Below are positions 1 to 9,300 of a DNA stretch of 64,000 bases, in pieces. The stretch comes from Gemmatimonadota bacterium (GTDB lineage Bacteria > Gemmatimonadota > Gemmatimonadetes > Palauibacterales > Palauibacteraceae). The notes under the pieces were generated by a model. The model ran no database searches. It was not told the origin of the DNA and worked only from the letters and a program-made list of their open reading frames with translations. Numbering within the stretch: position 1 is the first letter of the stretch; the number at the start of each line of letters is the position of its first letter. The DNA lies in NCBI GenBank assembly GCA_963666735.1, contig OY762926.1:2208001-2272000 (forward strand), written 5' to 3'. A program made the translations under genes and the position numbers.

Positions 1-874
1 CGAGCGGCGTCAGGGTGCGGGACGGGCGGTACGCCTGGCGCTCCGCCAGGTCGTACTGGTCGCCCGGCGCGAGGAAGTAGAACAGACCACCGCTGTCGAG
101 CGTGCTCTGGTTGTCGTAGATGACGACGTACGACTCTCCAATGACCTCGAAGCGGTCGCCCTGGACGACGATGGCGGTGTTCTCGTCGATCCCGATCCCG
201 AGGAGTTCGGGCCGCGCCTCGATGATCTCGAGCAGGTCGAACTGGCGGTTTCGGTACAGGAGATGCTGGTCGATCGCCGTGTTCCGGAGGAACCCGAGTC
301 CCTCCTCGTGACTGCCCATCATGATCGTGTTCGTGGCGGTGTCGCCGCGGGCCAGGTACGACCCCTGGATCGTCGCGCCGGCGGATGACCCGCCGATCAC
401 GCCGCCGCGCTCCAGCAGCGCCCACAGTTCGTCCTCGGTCCGCGTCCCCCTGTAGGAATCGACCAGGCGCCACTGGCGTCCGCCGGTGAACCACACGCCG
501 GTCGCCTCCCGGATCGCGGCCACGAAGGCTTCGCTGTTCGCCTCGTCCCGGTCGTTCGTGTGGCGGACCGTGAGGTGTTCGACTCCCGCCGCCTGGAAAG
601 GCCTCACGCCTCCGAACGACGGCCCGTAGGACTCGGCCCCGCCGGCCGTCGGGATCACGACGATGCGCGCATCCGCCCCGCCGGCGAGTTGCACGAAGCG
701 CTCCGCGATCTCCGGACTCCGCATGGCGCCGCCCACGATGACGAGCGACCCGTTCGGCGGCCCGACCTCCTGGGCTTCGACTCCGGCCGGAGCCGCCAGC
801 GCGGCCCCGTACGCCGCCGCCGCCACGGTGAGGAGTGCACAGGCCACGCTCAGCGCTCGCCGCTCTGTTCGCAT
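1..874 (-). CDS. Secreted cyanophycinase-like serine peptidase (S51); runs off window start
   Basis: Manual minus-strand translation from ATG at 874: signal peptide, then LVIVGG, VVIPTA, WFTGGRQ, GGSSAGA (catalytic Ser), IDQH and GIDENTA motifs. Not in the ORF track because the stop lies outside the window. Confidence 0.88.
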   Translation of the reverse strand, partial: MRTERRALSVACALLTVAAAAYGAALAAPAGVEAQEVGPPNGSLVIVGGAMRSPEIAERFVQLAGGADARIVVIPTAGGAESYGPSFGGVRPFQAAGVEHLTVRHTNDRDEANSEAFVAAIREATGVWFTGGRQWRLVDSYRGTRTEDELWALLERGGVIGGSSAGATIQGSYLARGDTATNTIMMGSHEEGLGFLRNTAIDQHLLYRNRQFDLLEIIEARPELLGIGIDENTAIVVQGDRFEVIGESYVVIYDNQSTLDSGGLFYFLAPGDQYDLAERQAYRPSRTLTPL

Positions 875-1063
875 CGTTCGACCCTCTCGATTCGGTTACG
901 CCCATGGTCTTCCGGCAGATTCCGGCGGACGATCTCACGGTACGCGGATCGCGAAGGCCGGGCGACCCCGGCGGTTCGCGGCTATCCGCGCGGCGCTTGT
1001 CGCTCGCCGCGGGGCGCGTCACGTTGCGATGCGAACCATCCCCGGCGACCGGAGACGCAGCGT

Positions 1064-1561
1064 ATGTTTACACCATCTCTTCCTCTCCTCGGCTCCTCCC
1101 TCTGTCTGGCCGCGCTGATCGGGAGTCTCCCCGGCCACGCGCCGCCCGACGCCGAGGGACCGCTGTCGACGCAGGCCGACGCCCTCGCGGGGGCCTGGGC
1201 CGCGAACGAATACGTCCTCTCGAGCGGTGACCGGCACGCGGTGCGCGGACGCATCGTCTTCACGGACAGCGAGTGGCAGGTCCTCTTCTTCGTCATGGAA
1301 GGCGACGAACCCAGGCGCGGCTCCGGCGAGGGCGGACGCTACACCTTCGACGGGGAGACGCTCACCTTCGAGCACCTCCATCACCTCTCCTACGGGCGGA
1401 CGATGGCGGGACTTCCGGCGAGCCCGCTTGCGATGACCGCGAGGGACGGCGAGGGGCCGTTCGAGCCGACCGGCGTCGAGGTGGACGGCGACGAGTTGAC
1501 GCTGCGCTTCCCCAGCGGGAACTCGATGTCCTTCACGCGCAGTTCCGCCTGCTGCCGATGA
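1064..1561 (+). CDS. Secreted hypothetical protein, lipocalin-like beta-barrel
   Basis: ATG at 1064 (MFTPSLPLL...), hydrophobic signal segment, LAGAW motif and alternating beta-strand pattern. Confidence 0.6.
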   Translation: MFTPSLPLLGSSLCLAALIGSLPGHAPPDAEGPLSTQADALAGAWAANEYVLSSGDRHAVRGRIVFTDSEWQVLFFVMEGDEPRRGSGEGGRYTFDGETLTFEHLHHLSYGRTMAGLPASPLAMTARDGEGPFEPTGVEVDGDELTLRFPSGNSMSFTRSSACCR

Positions 1562-1577
1562 CCTTCGCGTGGCGCCC

Positions 1578-2888
1578 ATGACCGATGCGGGTCGCGGCGA
1601 CGGCCGCTACGGCTTGATGGATCGGAGGGAGTGGCTGCGCCTCGGGGCAACCGGCGCCGCGGCCCTCGGCCTCCCCGCCTGCGCCGCCCGGGATGGGGAT
1701 GACCCTTCGACCGCGGACATTCCGCCGCTCCGGACTCCGGCGGGTACGGGCGACGCGGACTGGGAAGACGTGCGCGCGCACTTCCTCGTCGAGCCCGGCA
1801 CGGCCTACCTGAACAACGCGAGCATCGGCATGCCGCCGAGGGAGGTCGTGGATGCGGTCGCCTCGGGGTACCGGGCCATGGCCGAACTCCCGGCCCGCGG
1901 CCGCTCGGACCTGAGCGACCGGATCGCGGAACACGTCGTGCCGGGAATCGCCGACCTGTTCTCGGTGGAGAAGGACGAACTCACCCTCACGCGAAACGCT
2001 TCGGAGGCGCTCCATCTCCAGAGCATCGGGGTCGCCCTGAGCCCCGGCGACGAAGTCCTGATCACGAGCCAGGAGCATCCGGCGGGTCGCCGTCCGTGGG
2101 AGTTCCGGCAGGTGCGGGAGGGGATTCGGGTGAACGAGGTTTTCATCCCCAGCCCCTTGCCCCCGGAGGAGGAGATCCTTTCGCGGTTCGGGGACGCGAT
2201 CACGCCGCGGACGCGGGCGGTGGCCTTCTGTCACGTGACTCGGGGAGGGCACCTCTATCCCGTCGAGGCGATCTGCGGGCTCGCGCGCGAGCGGGGACTC
2301 GTGAGTCTGGTGGACGGCGCGCAGGCGGTGGGCCAGTTCTCCGTCGATCTGACATCGCTGGGCTGCGACGCGTACAGCGTGAGCCTGCACAAGTGGATGC
2401 TGGCGCCGGCGGGGACCGGCTTTCTCTTCGTGCGGCGCGATGCGCGCGACCGCATCCGGACGGCCTTCGCGCCCGACGCCACCCCGGAGCAGCCGCAGTT
2501 CGGGCCCCCGGGCACGGCGGCGTTCCCGGTGCGCGCCGCGATCGGGACGGCGGTCGATTTCGTCGCGACGCTCGGACTCGAGGCCGTGGAGGCCCGCTGC
2601 CGCTTCCTCTCGGACCACCTGAAGTCGCGCCTCACGGAGATGAGCGGGACGAGCGGCGTCACGCTCCTCAGCGGCGCCCGCGACCGGAGCGCGCCCGGAT
2701 CGACGATCTTCGAGAAGGAGGGTCTCGACGCGGTGGCCGCCGTGAGTGCGATCGAGGCGAGCATCTCATCCCACATCGACGAGCACCAGCGGGACGGCCA
2801 CAACGCGATCCGCATCTCCACGCACATCTACAATACGACGGAGCAGGTCGACCGCTTCGTCGACGCCCTGGCCCGCACGACGGGCTGA
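1578..2888 (+). CDS. Tat-exported class V PLP aminotransferase-family enzyme (isopenicillin N epimerase/PvdN-like)
   Basis: DRREWL twin-arginine motif, YLNNASIG, TRNASEA, EHP, VDGAQAVG and SLHKW (PLP Lys). Confidence 0.85.
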   Translation: MTDAGRGDGRYGLMDRREWLRLGATGAAALGLPACAARDGDDPSTADIPPLRTPAGTGDADWEDVRAHFLVEPGTAYLNNASIGMPPREVVDAVASGYRAMAELPARGRSDLSDRIAEHVVPGIADLFSVEKDELTLTRNASEALHLQSIGVALSPGDEVLITSQEHPAGRRPWEFRQVREGIRVNEVFIPSPLPPEEEILSRFGDAITPRTRAVAFCHVTRGGHLYPVEAICGLARERGLVSLVDGAQAVGQFSVDLTSLGCDAYSVSLHKWMLAPAGTGFLFVRRDARDRIRTAFAPDATPEQPQFGPPGTAAFPVRAAIGTAVDFVATLGLEAVEARCRFLSDHLKSRLTEMSGTSGVTLLSGARDRSAPGSTIFEKEGLDAVAAVSAIEASISSHIDEHQRDGHNAIRISTHIYNTTEQVDRFVDALARTTG

Positions 2889-2913
2889 GACTGCGCAATC
2901 CCCGGAGGCACGA

Positions 2914-3432
2914 ATGACCGGTTCCAGACGAACCCCCGAACCTCTCGCGATCGCCGCGCTCGGCGCCGTCTTCCTCATCGGCGCGGCCGCGTGCGGCGGC
3001 GCCGGGTCCGCCGAATCGGCCGCTGCCGACGGCTCTGCCGAGGCAACGCTTGCCGACGCGGGATCGGAGGGGGCGGCCGCCCGGGACGGCGCGATCTACG
3101 AGATCCGCAACTACCACTTCGATCCGGCCCGGTACGACGAGTACGCCGAGGTCGCGAAGGGCGAGTATATCCGCTACCTGCGCGAACACCTGGACATCGT
3201 CGGGTTCTGGATCGAATCCGGCATCCCCGCCGAGGTCCGGGGCGCGGAGCAGGACGAACTCGGTCCGGCGAACGTCACGTGGGTCATCCGCTGGGCGTCG
3301 AAGGAGGAACGGGACGAGAGGCTCCCGGAGGTGCTCGGCACGCCGGAATGGCGCGAGATCTTCGCCGAAGTCCCGGGGGGTGGCGCGAGCTACCTGAGGA
3401 TCGAGTCGCGCTTCATGGAATCGCTCGACTGA
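2914..3432 (+). CDS. NIPSNAP-family lipoprotein
   Basis: GGAGG RBS before ATG 2914; lipobox AAAC; IYEIRNY...W.S.EER NIPSNAP pattern. Confidence 0.75.
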   Translation: MTGSRRTPEPLAIAALGAVFLIGAAACGGAGSAESAAADGSAEATLADAGSEGAAARDGAIYEIRNYHFDPARYDEYAEVAKGEYIRYLREHLDIVGFWIESGIPAEVRGAEQDELGPANVTWVIRWASKEERDERLPEVLGTPEWREIFAEVPGGGASYLRIESRFMESLD

Positions 3433-3455
3433 CGGGCGGTTCCACCGGTTGGCTT

Positions 3456-4013
3456 TCAGCAGCGCTCCCGCCGGAAGTCGGCGGGCCGGCAGGTGAAGCC
3501 CCACTCCGCCCACAGGCCCCTCCTCTCCGCCGACGCGGCGGCCTCCGCGGCTTCGATTCGGTCCTCGTAGCGGCGGTTGGGCGGGATGATGAACGCGAGC
3601 GCGTACCCGCTCGCCACCATGTGCTCGTTCAGCATGTCCCCACCCGGCAGGAAGAGGTAGGCGAGATCCCGGTCGAAGGTGTCGACCCGGACGGCGTCGT
3701 ACTCGACTCCGAGCGGCGTGCTCACGGGGGCCACCCGGAGCAACTCCTCGCGGGCGCGGGCGCCCCACGGCTCCTGGGCCATCTCCGGAGCGTCGATGGC
3801 GAGGAGGCGGATCTCCCGGCCGTCGGCGCAGTAGACGGAATCTCCGTCGGTCACGAAGGACAGGACGCAATCCCCGCTCGGCATGGGGGGCGGCGGCGGG
3901 GGCGGGGGAGTCGAGTCAGAGCACGTCACCGCCGCGAGCGCGGCGACGGCAACGGCGACCGCGAGGCGGCGGCGACCCTCGCGGCGCGGCCTCGCGATCC
4001 CGTCCGGAGTCAC
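3456..4013 (-). CDS. Thermonuclease (SNase-like) family lipoprotein
   Basis: VTDGDS, IRLLAIDAPE, DTFDRDLAY, LNEHMVASGYA and RGLW motifs; start codon uncertain. Confidence 0.88.
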   Translation of the reverse strand: MTPDGIARPRREGRRRLAVAVAVAALAAVTCSDSTPPPPPPPPMPSGDCVLSFVTDGDSVYCADGREIRLLAIDAPEMAQEPWGARAREELLRVAPVSTPLGVEYDAVRVDTFDRDLAYLFLPGGDMLNEHMVASGYALAFIIPPNRRYEDRIEAAEAAASAERRGLWAEWGFTCRPADFRRERC

Positions 4014-4026
4014 GGGCCGAAGGGGG

Positions 4027-4797
4027 TCACGGATCAACGCGTATCGTCCCCACCTCATCGGTTCCCAGATGGCGCCGGCCGGCGTTCACATACCACCCCC
4101 GGAGTCGCGGCAGGCGCAGCCCGCCGCCCTCCGCCAGGCCCTCGAACGTGATGTATTCGCCGTCGTTCGCGCTCTCGTCGTGGTAGAAACGGCAACCCAC
4201 GAGCTGTGCGGTCCCGGGATCGAAGTAGAAGTACCACGTGTCGCCGCCGATGTCGGGGTCGTAGGTGACCCGGACCGCGTGAACCTCCCGGTCCATGAAA
4301 GTGGTCTCGATGACGCCGGGATCGAGGTCGGAGCCGTGGTCGGAGATCTTCATCGGAAGACCGGCCAGGAACCCGTAGTAGCTGCGCCAGAACATCCCAT
4401 CCTCGCGATGGAGGCGCAGGCGTTCGCGGTCGGCCTCGGGGAGGTCCGCCTGCGGGACCCCCTCCACGGTCGCCGACCAGCCATCGGCCGTCGTCTCGTA
4501 CTCCATCATCGATCCCCGGTAGCGGCCCGAAAAGGCGAAGTCGCGCTCGTCCGCGCCGAACTCCAGGTCGACCGCGACGCGTTCCCCGCCCTCTCCGTCG
4601 GTCCCGGCCCACGACATCGAGATGGGTCGGCTCCCCCAGACCCCGTCCGGATCGTGGAAGGCCACCGATCTTGCCACGAGTTCCTGCGCGGGCGTGAGAT
4701 CGGCTTCCGCGACCGAACCGGAGGCGTCCTCGTCGGCCGGTGGACGGGGGCCGCAGGCGGCGGCGAGCAGGACGAGCGAAGCGAGGAGAGTTTTCAT
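4027..4797 (-). CDS. Lipoprotein, DUF6503-like
   Basis: Lipobox LAAAC; HDPDGVW, YYGFLAGLPMK and GGDTWYFYFDP resemble DUF6503 proteins. Confidence 0.65.
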   Translation of the reverse strand: MKTLLASLVLLAAACGPRPPADEDASGSVAEADLTPAQELVARSVAFHDPDGVWGSRPISMSWAGTDGEGGERVAVDLEFGADERDFAFSGRYRGSMMEYETTADGWSATVEGVPQADLPEADRERLRLHREDGMFWRSYYGFLAGLPMKISDHGSDLDPGVIETTFMDREVHAVRVTYDPDIGGDTWYFYFDPGTAQLVGCRFYHDESANDGEYITFEGLAEGGGLRLPRLRGWYVNAGRRHLGTDEVGTIRVDP

Positions 4798-4884
4798 GCC
4801 TGATACTAGCAACCCGCGTTGAAACGCCGCTACATTCGGGCGATCCGCCACTTTCCACACTCGGACCACACTCGGAGGCTTTCC

Positions 4885-5463
4885 ATGCGGCGTGATAAGA
4901 CATCGAACGGGTTTCGGGCCACGGCGACCCTGCTGCTGGCGCTCGCCCTCGCATGCGCGGGCGACGCGGGAGAGGACGCGGCGGACGGTGCGGAGAGCGC
5001 GGAGGAAGCGCCCGCCGCCGCCGAGACCTCAGGCTCGCCCGAGGGTGTGATCACGGACGTCCGGGAAGTCGTCTTCGCCGATGAACTCGCGGTCGATCTC
5101 GGTGCTATGGAGGAGACGGAGAGCGGGCTCTTCATGCAGGTCCTGCGGGAGGGGAGCGGGCCGCCGGCCGGCTACGGCGACGAGATGGGCGTGCACTATA
5201 CCGTCTGGCTTCCGAACGGGACCAAGGTGGACTCGAGCCACGATCACGACCCGCCCGAGCCGCTCGACATGGTCCTCGGTTCCACCGCCCTCATCGACGG
5301 TTGGGTGGAGGGGGTCACCGGCATGCGGATGGGCGAGCGCCGCAAGCTCGTGCTGCCATACGATCTCGCCTATGGCCCCGAAGGCCGGTCGGGGATTCCG
5401 CCGTACTCGCCGCTCGTGTTCGAGGTTGAACTCGCGGAGCACATTCCCACGGGGGAGGGCTGA
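4885..5463 (+). CDS. FKBP-type peptidyl-prolyl isomerase (lipoprotein)
   Basis: VHYTVWL..G..DSS, IDGWVEGV.GM..GERRKL..P..LAYG, IPPYSPLVFEVEL; GGAGG RBS. Confidence 0.93.
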   Translation: MRRDKTSNGFRATATLLLALALACAGDAGEDAADGAESAEEAPAAAETSGSPEGVITDVREVVFADELAVDLGAMEETESGLFMQVLREGSGPPAGYGDEMGVHYTVWLPNGTKVDSSHDHDPPEPLDMVLGSTALIDGWVEGVTGMRMGERRKLVLPYDLAYGPEGRSGIPPYSPLVFEVELAEHIPTGEG

Positions 5464-5497
5464 TCGTGATCCGGATCGGGGCGACCGGGCCGGGGCG

Positions 5498-6364
5498 GTG
5501 ACCGCGTACGTCCGTTATCTCGCGCCGAACGCCGCCGGCGCCGCGAACCCCGCGTACGCCGCGACCGGCGGAGACGGTGGCGCCCGCTGGGGGGTCGTGG
5601 AGGATGAGGTCCTCGCGGACGGAATCATCGAGGACAGCATGGTGGAGGAACTCGCGGCGGCTCCTTTCGGCGGTGAGGTCCGAACCGGGAGGCGGGTGCG
5701 GCTCGAAGAGCTCCATCTCCTGGCGCCGGCGACCCCGTCGAAGGTCGTCGCGGTGGGCCTGAACTACCGGAGCCACCTCGACAACAGCCCCATCGGAACT
5801 CGTCCGGAGCCCGCGGAACCCGGCCTGTTCGCCAAGCTGCCGAGTTCGATCGTCGGGCCGGGCGCCGCGATCGAGATCCCCCCGGACGCGGAAGTCGTGC
5901 ACGCGGAAGGAGAAGTCGTCGTCGTGATCGGCCGCACGGCGCGTCACATCGGTCCGGAAGAAGCGGGCGACCACGTCTTCGGCGTCACGGCGGGCAACGA
6001 CGTGAGCGAGCGCACCTGGCAGCGCGACGACCTGCAGTGGCTGAGGGCCAAAGGCAGCGACTCGTTCGGGCCGCTCGGGCCGCGGATCGTGGCCGGCGCG
6101 GCGTGGGAGGACCTGCGGCTGCGCACGCGCCTCAACGGCGAGGTCGTGCAGGACGCGCGCACCTCGGATCTCATCTTCTCGATCCCCGAGATCATCGCCT
6201 ACGCGAGCCGCTACATCACGCTGCTTCCCGGCGACGTGATCTATACGGGGACGCCCGGGAAGACCTCGACGCTCTCTCCCGGCGACCGGGTGGAGGTGGA
6301 GGTGGAGGGCGTCGGGGTGCTGGCGAACGACGTGAAGGTCGAACCGCCGAAGGACGGGACATGA
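5498..6364 (+). CDS. Fumarylacetoacetate hydrolase family protein (cytoplasmic)
   Basis: KVVAVGLNY, FAK, EGE, NDVSER, KGSDSFGPLGP and PGDVIYTGTP. Confidence 0.9.
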   Translation: MTAYVRYLAPNAAGAANPAYAATGGDGGARWGVVEDEVLADGIIEDSMVEELAAAPFGGEVRTGRRVRLEELHLLAPATPSKVVAVGLNYRSHLDNSPIGTRPEPAEPGLFAKLPSSIVGPGAAIEIPPDAEVVHAEGEVVVVIGRTARHIGPEEAGDHVFGVTAGNDVSERTWQRDDLQWLRAKGSDSFGPLGPRIVAGAAWEDLRLRTRLNGEVVQDARTSDLIFSIPEIIAYASRYITLLPGDVIYTGTPGKTSTLSPGDRVEVEVEGVGVLANDVKVEPPKDGT

Positions 6365-9300
6365 TGAAGCCCCGCACGCGACCCCTCGCGGTCGCGCTGA
6401 CGCTGGCGGTCGCGGTCGCGGCGCCTCCCGCCTCCCGCCCGCTCGCCGCCCAGCAGCCGTCCGATCTCTCCACGCTGTTCGAGTTGGGGACGCTCGTGCT
6501 CGATACGAACGGCGACAGCGTGCCCGATCTCGTGAATGCCGCGCTCGTTCTCGGGGATGATCCCTCGTCGGCGGTTCTGGCCGCGGGCGCCGAGGTCGCC
6601 GCCCGGCTGGGATTCGAGACGATGGCGATGGACCTGCCGCTGTCCCGGAACCCGGAGGACGGCCGGATCGGGATCGTCGTGGGACGGAGCGGACTCGCGG
6701 TCGCCGGCCTGCGTGGGCCGGGCGTCGATCCGGCCTCGCTCGACTCGGGAGAAGGGGCCGTGGCGGTGCGCGAGGAGGACGGGCGCACCTGGGTCCTCGT
6801 GGTCGGCGGGGACGACGAGGGACTGCAAGCGGCGGCCAGACTGTTTGCCGGCGTCCTGCCGCATACGCGAACGCTCTCGACCGCGAGGCTGAGCCGCGTC
6901 CGGGACGATCTCGCCGAGACGCTGGAGGCCGGGGGCGTGGCGGACGCGGCCGTGCGCCTCACGCAGGCGAGAGTCAGGGCGGGACAGGCCGGCGTGGGAC
7001 GCGTGATCGCCGAGATCGAGGTCGATGAAGCGCAGCTGGGCACGGCTGCGGAACTCCTCCGCGGACTCGCCACGGGCGACGAGGCCCCCGACCCCGGTGA
7101 GCCGGAAGAGACGGGGGACGAGGGCGGGGACGAGTCGGCCGAGGCGGAGACTTCCCGGGCGCGCCTGGCGTACCCGGGGCTCGAGTCGGTGGAGGCGCGG
7201 CTGGCGGGCGGTCCCGCGATCCGGATTGCCGGACGGGCGACGCCGGATGCCCCGGGGCCGATCGCGGGTCGGCCGGGGAGCGGCGGCAAGAACGACATGG
7301 ACCTCTCCAACCTCTACACCTCCGACGGGCTGCTCGGCGGCGGGGTGCTCCCGAACCGCGTGGACGCGATGCTCGCCTCCGGCGATGGGGGCATCGGCGG
7401 CCTGCCCGACCTGGCCGGACGGCTCGGACTCGAATCGACCGGGATCACCGTGCCGCTCGTCGAGCCGGCCTCGGCGATCGAGAGGGCCGCCGCCCGGCCC
7501 ACGCTGGTCCTGGCCGGGGTGGACAACGCCCTGACCCGGCAGCTCGCCGACAGCGCGAAGATCGATCCGGGTTCGCTCGCCCCCGGCGAGGGGCTCATCC
7601 AGGTGGTCCCGGCGGCCTTCGGGTCCAAACCGGCCCTCGTCGTCTCCGGCGCGGACGCCGCCGGGGCCGAGCGCGCGCTCGATCAGCTGGCCCTGACGTT
7701 CCCGCACCTCGCGGAGCGCGGCGACGACCGCCCCACCGTCGACGACGTCGAGCGCGGGCTGTGGGACGCGCTGTCCGGCCACTCGCCCGTGGGCCAGGCG
7801 GCGATCGGCCTCTACAAGCTCGGCCGCATCGCCGACGGGCTCGCGGATCGGCGGATCGCCCGCGCGGACGTGCTGTTCTCCGTCGAGAAGGCGGACCCCG
7901 GCCTTCAGGCGTACGTGCGGGCCCGGGCCGCAGAAGCGCTGGGCCTCGCCGGCGCGGCGCAGGTCGGCGTCACGATCGACGAACGCGATGTGCGGCGGGC
8001 CGCCACGATCTTCGCGGACACGCTCGCGCTCCCGTCGGAGGTCGACCGCTTCCGCGAACTCCTCCGCGCCCACGTCCTCCCGGCGGCCACCTCCGCCTCG
8101 GCCACCGACCCCATCCGGATCGAAGCCCGCCTGAGCGAGCCGCCGGAGATCCGCCGCCAACTGGAGCGGGAGGCGCGCGACGCGCTGATCGACGCCGGGG
8201 CGCCGGCCGACGCCGTCGAGGTCCGCATCATCTCCGCCTTCAAGCAGGGCTACTCGTGGCTCGAGGAGGTGATCCTGCCGCAACTCGCGGGTCGGGACGC
8301 CACCGAAATCGGAGAGATCGTCATCCGCTTCCGCCGCAACGACCCGCCGGAGGAGTGGCCTCAGCAGGCGATCCACACCCCCGTGCGCTGGCTGCACGAG
8401 ATCTTTCCCATCGACGAGATCTTCGCCCGCGAACTCGGCCTCGAGCTGGAGCGGATCCGCTTCGAGCAGACCACGGAGGGGCCGACGTACGCGGTGCATG
8501 TCACGGACTCGAGCGGCGCCGAGATTCTGGCCGGCGATTTCGAGCCCCGGTGGGTCCTGCGTCCGTACTTCGACCGCTTCCAGGACTACGAACACGTCCG
8601 CGTAACGACGGGCTGGATCCGCGCGGGGGCGGGAGACCGCGTGCTGGTCGACGAACGCATCGTCACCGACCCCGAGGCCTTCTGGGACCATTACCAGAGC
8701 GTGGTTCTGCCGGCCATCTACGACTACGTGATGGACCGGCACGACGGGATCCCGGACGGCGGGAACGCGGACGCGCCCTATTTCGGCGAACTGACGGTCG
8801 AACTCGAGATGAGCGAGCCCAACTACCGGCTCGAGATCGACAACGAGATTCACGCGCCGATGGACGCCCTCCATGAAGAGATCTACTTCGGCACGATCGA
8901 GTTCTTCGATGTCCTCGACCGCAACTCGCGCGGACAGGGGCTGACCTTCCCCGGCCGCATCCTCCCGATCATGCGCCCGCGCGGCGACGGGCGGCCGGCG
9001 AAACTCCGCGTGAGCTTCACGGGGTTCGCCACCTCCCGGCCCGCGGTCTCCGTCGCCTTCGAAGACGCGGCGGGCGCGGCGGACACGATGCGGCTCGACA
9101 TCCCGAAGACCGGCCTCGAGCGTCCTTCTGCCAAATTGGCAGTCGTCCGCGCCGGCGAACCGGGCATCGCGCACCTCGGACTCCGCGTCCGCGTCGACAC
9201 CGACGCCGACATGCGCGACAGCCTCCTCAACTACGCCCCGCCGCGGCAGGTCGACCGAAGCATGGTCTCGGCCGAGCAGGTCGAGGCCACGCTCCGCGAA

